This document shows, piece by piece, positions 51,326 through 63,838 of a stretch of 64,000 nt of DNA (position 1 is its first letter; every line of letters begins with the position of its first letter). A program made the translations under genes and the position numbers. This DNA is from Sminthopsis crassicaudata (taxonomy: Eukaryota). Under the pieces are notes generated by a model that saw only the letters and a program-made list of their open reading frames with translations, was not told the DNA's origin and made no database searches. The stretch spans positions 185,340,937 through 185,404,936 of the forward strand of contig NC_133617.1 in NCBI RefSeq assembly GCF_048593235.1, in the 5' to 3' direction.

Positions 51326-51500
51326 GGACAGCTAGGTGGCTTAGTGGATAGAGCACTAGGCTTGGAATCAGGAAGACTTGTTCAAATCCAGCCTAAGATA
51401 CTAACTGTGTGACCTTGGGAATGTAATTTAAATCTGTTTGCCTCAGTTCCTCATTTGTAAAATGAGCTGGAGAAGGGAATGGCAAATATTCTGCTAACTG
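51325..51500 (+). mobile_element. Mar1 CORE-RTE SINE (3' truncated)
   Basis: ggacagctaggtggcttagtggatagagcac...gcctcagttcctcatttgtaaaatgagctggagaagggaatggcaaa. Confidence 0.9.
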
Positions 51501-52134
51501 CTTAGTAAATCCCAAATGGAATGTATGTGGCTCATAGAAGGCTCTCAATTAAAGATCATTCCTTTCTCCCTCTGGGCATGTCAATGTATTTCAATTTGGT
51601 TGGACAACTCCCTAAGAATTGATTTTGCTGTGCATCAGTAAAAGGAGTTCACCATACTAATAGAATCACAAATAATAGATTGCTGTTAGAGGAATTTGAT
51701 CATTAAAGATGGAGGACAATCTTCCTCAAAGTTTGAGATAGAAATTGCCATGATGGCATTTTGAAATGTTTTTGCTTGTATTCTCATCCCCAGATGGTCT
51801 TTTGCCTACTTAAGTTGGCTGTAGGGTTTTCAAACTTGCTTTGGAGGAGAAGGAAAAGGGGTGGGCAAGACAAATCCTACACGAAATGTATAAACCCAGC
51901 TTCTAAGTCACCAGACCTAAGAAGGAAAAAGTACTGATCAAATGGAGATTATTTATTGTAGTAAGATAATTCTCAGCTTAGGGAAATCCTTCTAACCACA
52001 TTTGAATTTGATATTATACTAAAAAAATCCAGAAGTGATTATATAGCAACATCTATACTACTCTTCTGTAGTGGGCAGGGATCTTTCATTTCAATGAACT
52101 AGCAACAACAAGGTTTCCTTCTACCATTTGTTGG

Positions 52135-52525
52135 TCTAAGAAGGAGTAGTAAGAAAGCTTAATTATTTGGAGTCAGAAGAATTGGGTTCAAATCCTGTCT
52201 CTCTTACTTAATACTTTTGAAGCTCTGGATAAATCATTTCTCTAGGTCTCAGGTTCTTCATCCATAGAGTGAAGGGATTGGCTCCTTGAAACTTTTTTTG
52301 ACCTTCTATAATCTGCTCCTTAAGAGTAAGAACAAGAAATAAGGAGCATTATGGAACCATAGATATAGTGCTAGAGAGGCATCTGGTCCAATATCTTCCT
52401 TTTTCAGATGAGGAAAAAGAAGCCAAGAGATCAAGCACCTTGCCAACTATCTTGAGGATAGTAAGTGTTCAGTATTTGACTCAAGTCTTCTGACTTCAAA
52501 GCCAATACTCCTTTCATTGTTCCCT
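52135..52525. mobile_element. Two MIR3 SINEs in opposite orientation (about 52135-52310 plus, 52355-52525 minus)
   Basis: ttggagtcagaagaattgggttcaaatcc...; ttttcagatgaggaaaaagaagcc...ttgactcaagtcttctgacttc. Confidence 0.75.
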
Positions 52526-52786
52526 TCTGTTATCTGTAATCAGATGGTATTCACTGGATCCTAAACTTATTTTTGATACAAAAATGTCAAAATGAAAAAT
52601 GGAAAATTTGGGCAGTCATTTGAATTTTTTATATTTGTGATACCCATATGTGTGGATATTTTGAAACATGATTGAAGAAGTTAGTGGCAGCTCCCAAGCT
52701 CTACTTTGCTTAGGGAGCATCTTGGACTATGTAAGGGTTTTCCTTGTTGTTAGCTACAATACAAACTTGGAAATATATTTGGAAAA

Positions 52787-52825
52787 ATCCAGATGTTTGG
52801 CACTGTATAGACCAAACATCTGGAT
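52787..52825. other. Perfect hairpin, 14-bp arms, 11-nt spacer
   Basis: atccagatgtttgg-cactgtataga-ccaaacatctggat. Confidence 0.9.
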
Positions 52826-54469
52826 GATTGGCTGTGTTTCTCATTTTCAGCTGGACATTTTGGCATCAAATTGACCTTAGCAAAAGGATCAGAAAATCAC
52901 ATAAAAGAAGAAGAGTTTCTTTTGTATAGCAACTGTTTTAAAAAAAAATGTTTGGATAAATTTATTAGGTATCTATAATGACAAAAAAAATCTATGATGT
53001 ACATGCAAAGAAAAGTTTTACTTCTTGCCTTCAAGGAAAAAAGATAGGCAAGTATTCATAATAGAACTTGACAAGTATATATTGGGAGACAGTATAGTAG
53101 AAAAAACATTATGGTTAAAAGCAGTCATATATAATATAGGTAGTACTAAGTAACAATACTAGAAGTAACAACAAAAAGTAAAGTCTTGAGCTATTTCTAC
53201 TCTATCAGCATTGAAGATGACTGTTGAAACATAATATTGGGTTTGTATATGCAAGGGAATAAGGATAACAACTGAAGCTCTAAAATCTTACTATAATTAA
53301 AGCTGAAAGGGACTGCAAGGCACAAAAAAGGAATGTTTTAGCAATATACTGAAACACTTCTAAGGACACAAAGAAAAGTTATGTCACTTTTATTCAAGAG
53401 ATTGCATCACCTGCCTACTGTTTACAACAATAAAATCCAAATTGCTCAGCCTGGAATAGTAATATTATTCAGGCTAGTCTAGGATTTGGGGATCAGAATT
53501 AGAATGGTTGGAGATAACTTAGCAGATAACCAAAGGAGGTCTACTCAGTCACGCCCTGGAAAAGATAGATAACAGGAATACTGCATTGATTTGTTAAGGA
53601 CTACTTCCTAGCCTTTGTGTTGGTTCTGCAGGTAATCCAGTTAAATTTAAGGAAGAGTAATTCTTTGGTCTTCATAATATGACTCTTTTATTTAGGCCAT
53701 CAGGGAACTATATCAATAGCCCAAGCCTTAGATGCCCAAACCAAATAAGTCTTGACAATTATTTCAATGCTTTTGAAGGGAAAAAAAAAAAAGAAAAAAA
53801 TAACTATCCTAGCTTAAGTGGTAGGTATTTTTTCTATCATAAAGGCTCTTCAAGAAGCTGCCCTCAAACTCCCTTTTTGGTTTTTCCCCATACTATTCTT
53901 CCCATCTTATTTTCCAGCCAGACTAGAACAATTCCCCATCTCTGAAGATGTGCCATGCTTTCCCAATTCTGTGTATTTGATCATGATATTCCTTAATGCC
54001 AAGAATATTATCCTTTAAGGACTAACTCAAATGCCTTCTGTTCCCCAGAGTTTTCTTTGAAATTAATCTTTCTATCATCTGATTACTGAACATTTTCTAA
54101 TAGTGTATTGTACTTCTCATTTACTTTGGGTAATGGCTACATCTTTATATGTTTTTATGTTGACAATATTATGATTTATTTTTCTCCTTCAAGCTGGAGA
54201 GAAGATATTTCATGATGATTTGCTTAATAAATGAAGTAATAAATGAAGCAAGTAAGAGAAAAAATTCTCTTGACTATATTTTGTGTAATGGAATCAAATG
54301 TTTAAAAATAATTAGCTTTTAGATTTATCCAAATAGCATTGTCTTATGTGTCCTATTTAATATACTTAGTAAATGGTTAAAGTGCTTTTAAATCAAGGTA
54401 AGTTAAGCAGGAAATATTTAAAAAAAAAAAAGTTGCACACTTTGTCTTTTTTGGTCAGTCTTAAAGCTG

Positions 54470-55000
54470 CTCTGTGTGTCAATTAATCAACAAGTATTTG
54501 TTAAGTAACTACTGTGTTCCAAACACTTTTCTGGGATGCTGAAAAGAAAAAGATAAAAACAAAACAATCACTGTCTAAAGGAGTTTACATTCTATAGAGG
54601 GAGAAAGAATATATAAGTATATGTGAATATATAAAAGAACATTTCAGGGAAGAAGTACTAACAACCAGGAAAGGCTAATATAGGAGGTGCTTTTTAGAGG
54701 TGAACTTTTCAGAAAACTAAAAGGTCCAAGAAATGGAGAGGAAGAGGACTTATGTCCAGCCTTCAGGCCATGAAATGATAAGATATGAAGAAAGGATGTC
54801 ATGTGAGAATAGTGCCAGGAAGAATAGCAGGGATAGAAAGAAGTATTGAGGCAATATATCATAAGTCTGGAAAAGTAGGTTATAGCTAGGATGTGAAAGG
54901 CTTTAAAAGACCAAACATAAGATTCTCTATTGTTGGTATTAAGAACAAAAAGCCTCTTAAAAGGAAGAAATTGATTCCAACTCATTTAAAGTGCCAATTA
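54470..55000 (-). mobile_element. L2 3' part (antisense)
   Basis: aatcaacaagtatttgttaagtaactactgtgttccaaacac...aaggagtttacattcta. Confidence 0.8.
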
Positions 55001-56249
55001 CTGATTGTCTTCACCTAGAAGTTCTAATAATAAAAGACAGTTTTGTGACTGAAAATGTTCATGTCTTGACCTGTGTAGTGTAATATGGATAGAATTATTG
55101 TGGTCTATTAGTTTTTTCACATGCTCACATGATAGGCATTTTATTTGTCATTCTGGTGTTCACATGTCAATTCTTCAAACCAGGACTGACTCAGGCAATT
55201 ACTGGAACTTTACAGGAGAAAGGGGGAGTCTCCCTGTCCCATTGTTTGTATTGCAGTATTATCCTCAAGAATACAATAAAAATGAGGACTAACAAGGATT
55301 TTATTGTGTTTTTCCCTTCAGCTTTAACTTTGGTGGTCCATTTTGCTCATGTTCTTCTTTTCTTTAAGTGAATGTTTGTCTTTTACAGGAGAAAGAATGT
55401 AGTCTGCCCTCATACCCTACCCGAAGTGAAAAAATAAACATGTGATACTCAAAGACATAAAATATGTTGGAATATGGCAGGAAGAAACTGACATTTTTCA
55501 ATATATTTAGCTTAGATGATAGCTATGACCCATCTGACCTATAGGATATGTTATGTCCAGACCATTCTTCTATTCAATATTAGTGACAGCGTAATGATTA
55601 ACTGGAAAGCAATCTTTTGCAGAATTAGCACAGATAAGAAAGACCTTTCACAAGCTTATTCCATGGTGTTTTTAAACTTTTAATCTATAGTATAAAATAA
55701 AAACATTAGTAGAAAAATAATTTTATATAGAAGATTACAAGAAATAGGGGAGACAACTTTGCAAATTTCTTTTTCTTTCCTCTCCTTCCCCCTCCCCCAC
55801 CTTTGCTTGGATTTTAATACTTGCAATGAAAGGACCTAAAGGCATGTGCTGCTCTGAGATAAAATACATTTTGCATCACTGTCTTTCCTTTCACATTGTA
55901 GGTCTCTGTCTTCACCCCTGTCTGTGTTGGCTCTGAGGCATGTGTTATCTCCTACTAACATGCATCCTGCCGTGTTCTATTACTTAAATGAATGGAAACC
56001 TTGTTTGGCCAGCAGAGAAATCGAATGATTATCTCACATGTTTAAATGACTGTATGAATATGCTTTAATCATCATCATTACAAATGTGTTTATTTTACAG
56101 TTCTGTTGCTGAATGAATTACTCTATGTGAATCTCCCACTATATTTATTAATGATGGAAATTGAGTAAGAGGCAGGGAAAAGGGAAATTCTTCGTGTATT
56201 TGAATGGATGGCAGGTGGTGTTTTCACCCTTTTCGGCATATGTTTTTAT

Positions 56250-56410
56250 GGGATCATAGATTTAGATTTGAAAGGGGCCTTAGAAGCCATCTGTTCCTGA
56301 ATATTCACTTTACAGATGAGGAAACTGAGACACAGACAGATGAAATCATTTGTTTAGATCACACAGACCTGTGGGAGAGCCAGATTGACTGACTTGAAAC
56401 TGTGCATACT
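56250..56410 (-). mobile_element. MIR3 SINE
   Basis: gggatcatagatttagatttgaaaggggccttagaagccatct...tttacagatgaggaaactgagac. Confidence 0.9.
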
Positions 56411-56491
56411 TTCTATTATACTACTTCATCCCACAACTGCTTCCCCTTCAGATCAACCCTTTATTGTGAAGATTGCATTTTATCCCCCAGA

Positions 56492-56688
56492 TCTGAGCTT
56501 CTTACTTTTTCTACTCCTTTTTCTTTTCTACCTCTTGTCTCCTGAGAAATTTTGTTATCTCAAGTTTGTAAGTATATAAAATAAGTATACAAATCAAATA
56601 TTTACTGATAATAAATTATAATTTCACAATCCCCATATTGTTATGAGACCTCAAATGGAGTCATGAACCACAGTTGAAGAAGGTGGAC
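56492..56688. mobile_element. Marsupial hAT-like MITE
   Basis: gagcttcttac...gagaaatttt...gtatacaaatcaaatatttactgataataaattataatttcacaatcccc...ccacagttgaagaag. Confidence 0.65.
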
Positions 56689-57744
56689 CCTAATTTAGTC
56701 ACCTTCATTTTTAAGCCTTGAATCTTTTTTACAATCTTCTGTATACCACAAAATAATAACTGAGTTGGTGCCAAAACCATAAAGATTCACTATTACACAG
56801 AAGTATTGATCTTACTGCCTTTTTGGTGGCATTGCATTCTTTCATATAATATATGTGTATATTTAATTTCAAGTCACTAGTTTTTAAAAATGATCATTTG
56901 CCTGTACTAAAAAAAAAAAAGAAGCAATATTTGTCTAAAATGATAAGAGGGAATTAAGAATATAAGATTGTGTTTTCAAAACAGTTTGTGAAATTTATAC
57001 TTAAAATTTGAGGAGAAAGAGGACAGCAAAGCATAAAACATTTAAACCTAAAGTTTAACTTCTTTTAAATACTTAGATTTCTTTTTTTGAAATTATGTGA
57101 AAATGATGAATATAATGATAATATACCCAAAGAAAATTCACTTTCCATTGGGGAAAAAAAAATGGGGGGATTTGGACTTGTGATTTCATTGGTAACAGTA
57201 ACTACAAATGCAGAAACTCCCTTAATGCAAAAGTGAATGAATAATGTTTATTATATTTTTACTATGTTTGAAGCACTAATGATATAAATGCAAATGAGTC
57301 CTCAGCCTCAAGGAACTTACATTCTAGTATGAGAGGTAGTATGAGAGTATTTGGTTTGGAAAATTACAGAAATAGTGAGTAGAAATATAAGATAGTAGAT
57401 TGACATACCTTTTCTAGTTGTAATGGTAGAATTGATTTGATTATTGTTCCAGAATAAGAAAGAGAGTGCAATCAAGGAGTAGGAACTGAGCATGGTAGTA
57501 AGATAACTGATAAGATCAATGCAAACAGATGATTATTTTATCCCTGAGGGTTTTAGATTTGCTCTGGGAATTAGGAGTTGTTCATTTAAGTGAGTTGTCC
57601 TGGTCATGAAGTCAATATAATTCAGAGACAGAACTTGAAACCAGGTCTTTCTGATTATAAAGTTGACTCTATATTTTGCCATACTGCCTTGTTCACAGTA
57701 AATGATTTTTTTTATGTTATTATTCTAAATGAATTGGGAGTGTG

Positions 57745-57965
57745 GTGAAGAGACTATATTGAAGTAGATAGAGAACTTACAATCAGGAAACCCTATGCAA
57801 AAGTTTTTTTCCCTAACACATACTGCCTGATTGATTCTAGGCAAGATTCAACATCTTATTATCCTAGGCAATTTTCTAAGACTATAAGTTATAGACAAAT
57901 TCGTGATCAGTATCAGTGGAGAAAATGTCCATTTCAGGAATTCTCCTGTTGATAAAATCACAAGT
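57745..57965 (+). mobile_element. Marsupial MIR3-type SINE (MIR3_Mars-like)
   Basis: ggcaattttctaagactataagtt...atcagtggagaaaatgtcc...gataaaatcacaagt. Confidence 0.7.
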
Positions 57966-59149
57966 GTTTTTTCCTCTCCTGTTTTCTCTCATTCTATATA
58001 AAAAAAAAAAAAATGGTAGGGAGAATTATAATATGTTTATTAGTCGGAAATAAAGATTCTGTGTCCGTCCAGTGAATACTCTACAATTTAAATAGAACAT
58101 TTTATCAGTTGAACTTATTTCCTTACGAACAGATAGCTATTATTTCTTGGTTTGTAATAGGAAAGGATCTCAGAAATCTTAATAAAAAGAAGCTAAAGGA
58201 GCTTTGGTGACATCAGATAGTTCTCACAAAACAAACTTTAAATGACTTATGTGAAACAGTATCATGAACATATGGAGTAGATTTCCCATTTGAATCCACT
58301 CTGGACTAAAAATTAAGATTAAAATTGTTGGCTTTTACCAACTCTGAAAAGCTTGAAAAATAGTTCAACACATTTGACCCGTCACAAGACTAACTGAGTC
58401 TGCCAATACCAAATGGTCGCAGTGCCAGGAAATGTTAGAGAAGGAAATGGATATGTTCCTCTGCCTTCAAAACCTATTTGGTTTAAGGTTCAAGGCTAAA
58501 TCTATAGCTGAAATGTTGACAGATAGATCAGAAATATTCCTCTTTAATATTATGCCCAGTTTTCTCTCTCTCCTGATTTGTTCCCACCTCTGGTGGCACT
58601 TGGAGATGAAAACTCTAAGTCAACAGAATAATTTTCTTTAGCATCACTCTTTAGCTTAATTCTGAATTTGGATCAGGTTCAGTGGTTGCTGAGAGACTGT
58701 TGTTTGACTTTTGGATTCCATTCACATGACTTGATTTTTTCATTACTCATAGATGATCATTAATAATAGATACTCTCAAGAATGTTATGTGAAAAGTAAC
58801 ATTTAAGTGGCTGAATTTCTGAGGCAAAACCTATGAGGTTGAAACAGACTTTTTTTTTTTTTTTAATTCTGAGGATATAGTCCCTTTTTAAAATTCATCC
58901 CCTATGTCTTTTTTTAGTCTGTCAGTTTAGTCACCTCTTGGTAAATGTAGATATATTCTAAAAATCATAAAATATTAACTTTGTATAGAACCATTGTCAA
59001 ATTTCTTAATTTTACACATGATGAGACTGACATTTCTAGTGTGGAAAAAGGAAAACAGCTGCAAATAATAATTTCTTTTGAGAAAGATAGTAAAAGATAA
59101 GAGGGAGCCTCCTTGTTTTTCCTCCCATGTTACATTCCATTTTCCATCT

Positions 59150-59414
59150 TTTTGACTTTGCATTGGTAGTCAATCCTCCATGTCTGGTAATGATGGTAAG
59201 CTTCAGTGAGTCCAACAGATTGCATGGCCTAATTGCAAAGAGCAAAGAACCTGAAAACACATCTCTGCACTTATAGAATGCTCTTCTTGAACTGGACACC
59301 ATACTGAGAAACAACAGTCAGAGATCAAGCCACTTAACCAACATTTTCATTATAATATAATTTCTAAATGTGATCAGCATGACATCTTTACCTTTATATA
59401 AGTATTTGATAAAG

Positions 59415-59445
<31 letters not shown>

Positions 59446-60450
59446 TTGAAGTACCTTGACCTCGGATGGAACTCAGTGGCATTCCGCTATACATTATCCT
59501 CAAGATTGGTATCGATTGATTAATCTCCACTTTTTGCTTCCAACAAGTTTAAAAATACTTAACTGGACTTTTATTCAGCTTACTTAACATCATCTCATAT
59601 AGTTGGATACCATGAAAAAACTCTGTGAGATGCCTTAGTGGAATCTACTTAAATCATAACTGTAATTTTATTGTCTTCATAATTGTCTTCATTTCTTAGC
59701 TTAATAACCATGTCATTAAAGGATATGAAGTTAGTTTGGCATGACTTGTCCATAATGAACCTATATTAGTTCTTAGTAATCTCCTCTTTGTAAATTTAAG
59801 AACACTGGTTTAATAATTCATTCTAGAATTATTCTGGAATCAAATGCAATATTATTAGCCTTTAGTTATCCATTTCTCCAATCCTGAATCACTTTCTTCT
59901 TTTTTTTTTTAGTGATTCATTAAGGATTACTGACTAGTTTTCTTGGTTATAAATGAGGCCTGTAGTTCCAGATAAGGGAGTAAAAATTTTTTAAGGAACA
60001 AATAAAGATCATTAATCAAGAATGCAGGTAGTGGACCTTAGGATGGGGCCCAGAATACAGTAGTGGCACTTAATATATTCTTGTTGACGAACTGGTTGTT
60101 GCAAGTATAAGCTGAATCTGAACTAGATGCTCCTTTTTTTATGTAGAGAAACATCCCCATTGGCATTCAAATAGTGGGAGAATCCTTCCCTAATTAGAAT
60201 GCTATCCTACCTTTCTGGCATTCTTGTCATCTGTTTTTATGGATGCATCACTGATTTTGTCACCCGACTACACAGATTTCTATCATTATATTGCTCTTTT
60301 TCATTGCTCTTATTCTCATGTGAGTTCTTTCTACTCTATTTCCCTTGCTTAGCTTTATGATGCAAAATTAAAATAAGAGTTGAATGTGGCATCATCTTCA
60401 TGGATTTCTGACCTAGTTTTCTTGATTTTCATATCTATTAAAATTGTGAT
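59150..60450 (-). mobile_element. L3/CR1 LINE ORF2 remnant
   Basis: gaagttagtttggcatgacttgtcc (KSCQTNL) and gatgccttagtggaatctac (LDFSKAF-like) reverse-complement motifs; left and right extensions weaker. Confidence 0.7.
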
Positions 60451-60534
60451 CCTCTGCTATTTGAGACCCCACCTACCCATCCACCAACTTTTCTTTTTTG
60501 TAACTCTTTTCCCTTTTTTTACTGCCTTTCAAAC

Positions 60535-60770
60535 CATTTGAGTAAGAAAGAAAGAAATAAGCATTTATCAAATACCTTACATGTTCCAAGTACTGTGCTA
60601 AGATAAGTGCTTTTACAAATATTATTTCATTTTATCCTCCTAGAAACTCTGGGAGGTGGTGCTATTATTGCGCTCATTTTAGAATTGTTGGAAGCTGAGG
60701 TAAACAAAAGTTACATGACTTGTTCAGGATCACACAGGTACTGTATTTTATCACTATGTCATGAAATCTG
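60535..60770 (-). mobile_element. MIR SINE
   Basis: aagcatttatcaaataccttacatgttccaagtactgtgctaag...gctgaggtaaac...ggatcacacagg. Confidence 0.88.
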
Positions 60771-62388
60771 TGTCAGAGAGTCTATTTTCTTAGCTAGTTT
60801 CCTCACATTGTCACCCTATCTGTTTTAGTGAATCAGAATCCTTATAAGTGTTATAGCACTATGTAGTTCCGTAAGGTTTAATTAGTCGATTTGCCCTTGC
60901 TTTCCTATGTAGTTTCTTGAGAGCTAGGTATCTTGGAAATATTATGCCACCATCAATATAGACTTCATAAACTGTGCTAATTAAATCTCCTGAATTTGTT
61001 GATTACTTGGTTATACTCAACTCACATGGAAACAGACATGATTAATGCCCTTTTTTGTGCCTTACTTTTTTGGGAAGTATTAGCTTCCTAAGAGAGAGTT
61101 TCTTAAAATTGGACAATCCAAGTCTTTGTATAGTTGATCTCATTGGAGGAGAGAGAAGCATAGACTTCAATATTTAAATTTTGTGCTTGTAAATGTCTTG
61201 AATTACTTAGAAAAGAGTATTGCATATATAGAAATTTCAAATATTTAGAAATAGCATTTGCTTAAATGGGAATTCAAATGTTCATATTTCCACTGAAAAG
61301 ATTAACCTTCAAAATACTGCCATGTGACCTTAAATGTTTCCCCATATCTCTTTCTACCCCAAGGAAGGCCCAATAGATCTTAACACAGAGATATTGTTGC
61401 CTGTAAGAAATAAGTTAAAGAAAGAATGTCTTCTTGATGATCCAATCAGAGCAAAAGCAAAGGAACCAAGATTTCATAAAAATTTCACTAAATGATGGAA
61501 GTTATCAAACAACCCCATGCTTTATTCTCTCTGTTGCCTCCATAGGATCATAAAATGTTACAATTTGAAGAGTACTCAGTAATCCCCCTCATGTGACATC
61601 TCAGGCTACCAATGGCTCAGCAAAGCTAAGAGATCGACTTAAAGTCTCAGAGTTGGAAAAAACAGAGCTGAGGTTTTAACTAAGGTTGATTGGCTTCAAA
61701 TCTGATGTTCAAATTGTAGCATCATACTTCCTGTTTGTAGAGGGATATTTGAAGATCAGATTAAAGAATACCTTATAGAAAAAATTATTATATGAGTATG
61801 ATTTTTTTCTTTTGTTCAATAAATTTTTATTATTTTTCTATTTATTTCTATTTATGAACATTGAAAATTTTGACTTCATGATACAAAGCAGTACTAAATT
61901 GTATTTTAGCAGTGTAGGCATCATCATGGGAACCAAGAAAAGACCCTGCCTTGTGCTCAAACCAGTATTTTCTACTGGAAAATACTATTTTACACATATA
62001 GAACACTTATAAAATGCATTTGCATGTAGACACTGTAAAGTCCTGCCACTTTAAATTTTATTCTTATAAAGCTCTGGATACATAAAAAAAATAGAGTGAA
62101 TTTCTAATTGACACTAATATGGCATTTTAAAACCACAAACAGCTTTCTTTTATTATTTTCAAAGCTAATATTCTGCAAATACAATAGAATCTGACATTTC
62201 ATATACACTCCTGCTTTATATTTTTATATTTGAAAAGAAGCCACCTGTAAATACTATTTTCTTTGCAAAAATAAACAAAAAACAAAATTATAGTGAAACT
62301 TAAAAAATTCTCAAATGAAAAAGTTATCATTCTATGGGTTTCTAAGGTTTGGCGAAAATCCTTTTGAATTTGGCTGGGAATTCCATGC

Positions 62389-62550
62389 TCACAGAATCTC
62401 AGTGTTGAAAAAAATATTAAAAGTTATCTAGTTCCACTTGTATCTGGATATGAATTTTCTGACAGGTGCTTATCCAAGCATTGCTTAAAGGTCTATAGTG
62501 AAATGGCTTCTCACTACCCCACTACAGAACACTACACTCCTTGATATCAT
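62389..62550 (-). mobile_element. L3/CR1 3' end
   Basis: tcacagaatctcagtgttg...tatctagttcc...ctgacaggtgcttatccaagc...ctcactacc. Confidence 0.65.
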
Positions 62551-63708
62551 CAGTGTAAAGACAAATAGCTGTGAGGTTCTCCTCTTCACCACCGTAGATC
62601 ACATCACTGAGGTCATCCCCATATCTCACACTCCCAAGAAAACAAACAAAATAGAACTGCTGGCCTGGGGTCCTGACCTTGGAGATGACTAAGGCCCATT
62701 GGAGTTAAATTCTAACTGGCATTTCTCCTGGGACCCAGCTTCTGTTATTTCCTTCTGTGTTTACCATTGATGTTACAATTTGTCTTTATCCTAGCAAATA
62801 TTTGACATGCTGAAAGAAAACAAATAGTGAATATATTACTCATAAGTTTCCATATATCCACCAAAACTCTGAAAAGCTTTGGAACTAGAATTTCTAAGGT
62901 CATATCTATACCGCCAAAACAAAGCAGATGGTTGTTGAAACATTGTGGAGAGAGTTTTAGGCAGGCTCGACAGGTCATGTATGTCACTAAGATTCTCTCC
63001 AAATAAGATTCTTTGGGCTGGCTAGCTGCTGATCCTTTGCTCATTTCCCTGGCATTTACTGCCTCAGTTCATTTTGTTTTGACTCCACAGACCTGGCACT
63101 GAAGTCATAGACAAAAGACCTTGAGTCTAACTTCCAGAAATTTCAGAAATGCAGTTCTCTGGACATTTTGGAGAAATCATCCTCTTTCTTTCTCTTCCAC
63201 AATCAATGTCTACATATTTAACTGGCAACTGAGTCTTGCAAAGATTGTTATCTTGATGGCATTACTTATAACTGAGTTTACAAGTAATGGAGGATTTTGC
63301 AATTTAATCATAATCCATAAGCCATAGTTGAGAAAATAAAACATTTCCTGTCATTTGGGGAAATGTGAAGTCAGAAAAAAATATTTCATTTTAGGATCTT
63401 TGGGATCAGTGGGACTACTGAAAGATAGTTGCTTATTGATAAGCTCCCTGCCAATCCATTAATTACAACTTAGAGTAAAATCTAACCATCAGTCTGGGTT
63501 TCCAAAATTTACCTTTCAGAAAGGCTCTGGCTAATCTATTCCCTAGCCACAAAATCCAAAGAAAATAAATACACCCCAGATGCTGGTCTTAGAGGTTCCC
63601 ATTGTATTACAAATAAAACTGAATATTTGTTTTTGGAAAGTCTTACTACTGTATATTGTTTAAAGTATAAGGTTACATGTGTTTCTTCATTCCTGTCATG
63701 GATTTCAG

Positions 63709-63838
63709 GTTTTATCCTTGGAATACCATTTTGCCCACTTTGGTGTCGCCAGCATTTCTGTGTTTGTCTACAATGCGCATGATTAAAATAGTATTTTCAT
63801 ATTTCCATGTATTTGGGGCTTCTTAAAGCAGAGAGTTG
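63709..63838 (+). other. Candidate exon, 130 nt, probably non-coding or UTR
   Basis: Acceptor ttcttcattcctgtcatggatttcag, strong donor TTG|gtaagt, retained CpGs; stops in all three frames. Confidence 0.2.

Noticed and set aside
59036-59314. Coding-looking ORF and apparent 26-nt exon near 59170-59195
   Set aside because: Lies in a decayed L3/CR1 RT region; the coding-like composition is explained by the LINE.
62745-63044. 99-aa minus ORF whose SNIFTICFLSACQ resembles vomeronasal V1R TM3 (SICTTCLLSVFQ)
   Set aside because: Flanking residues do not match V1R TM2 or TM4, no further receptor segments appear in adjacent frames, and the match needs a gap.
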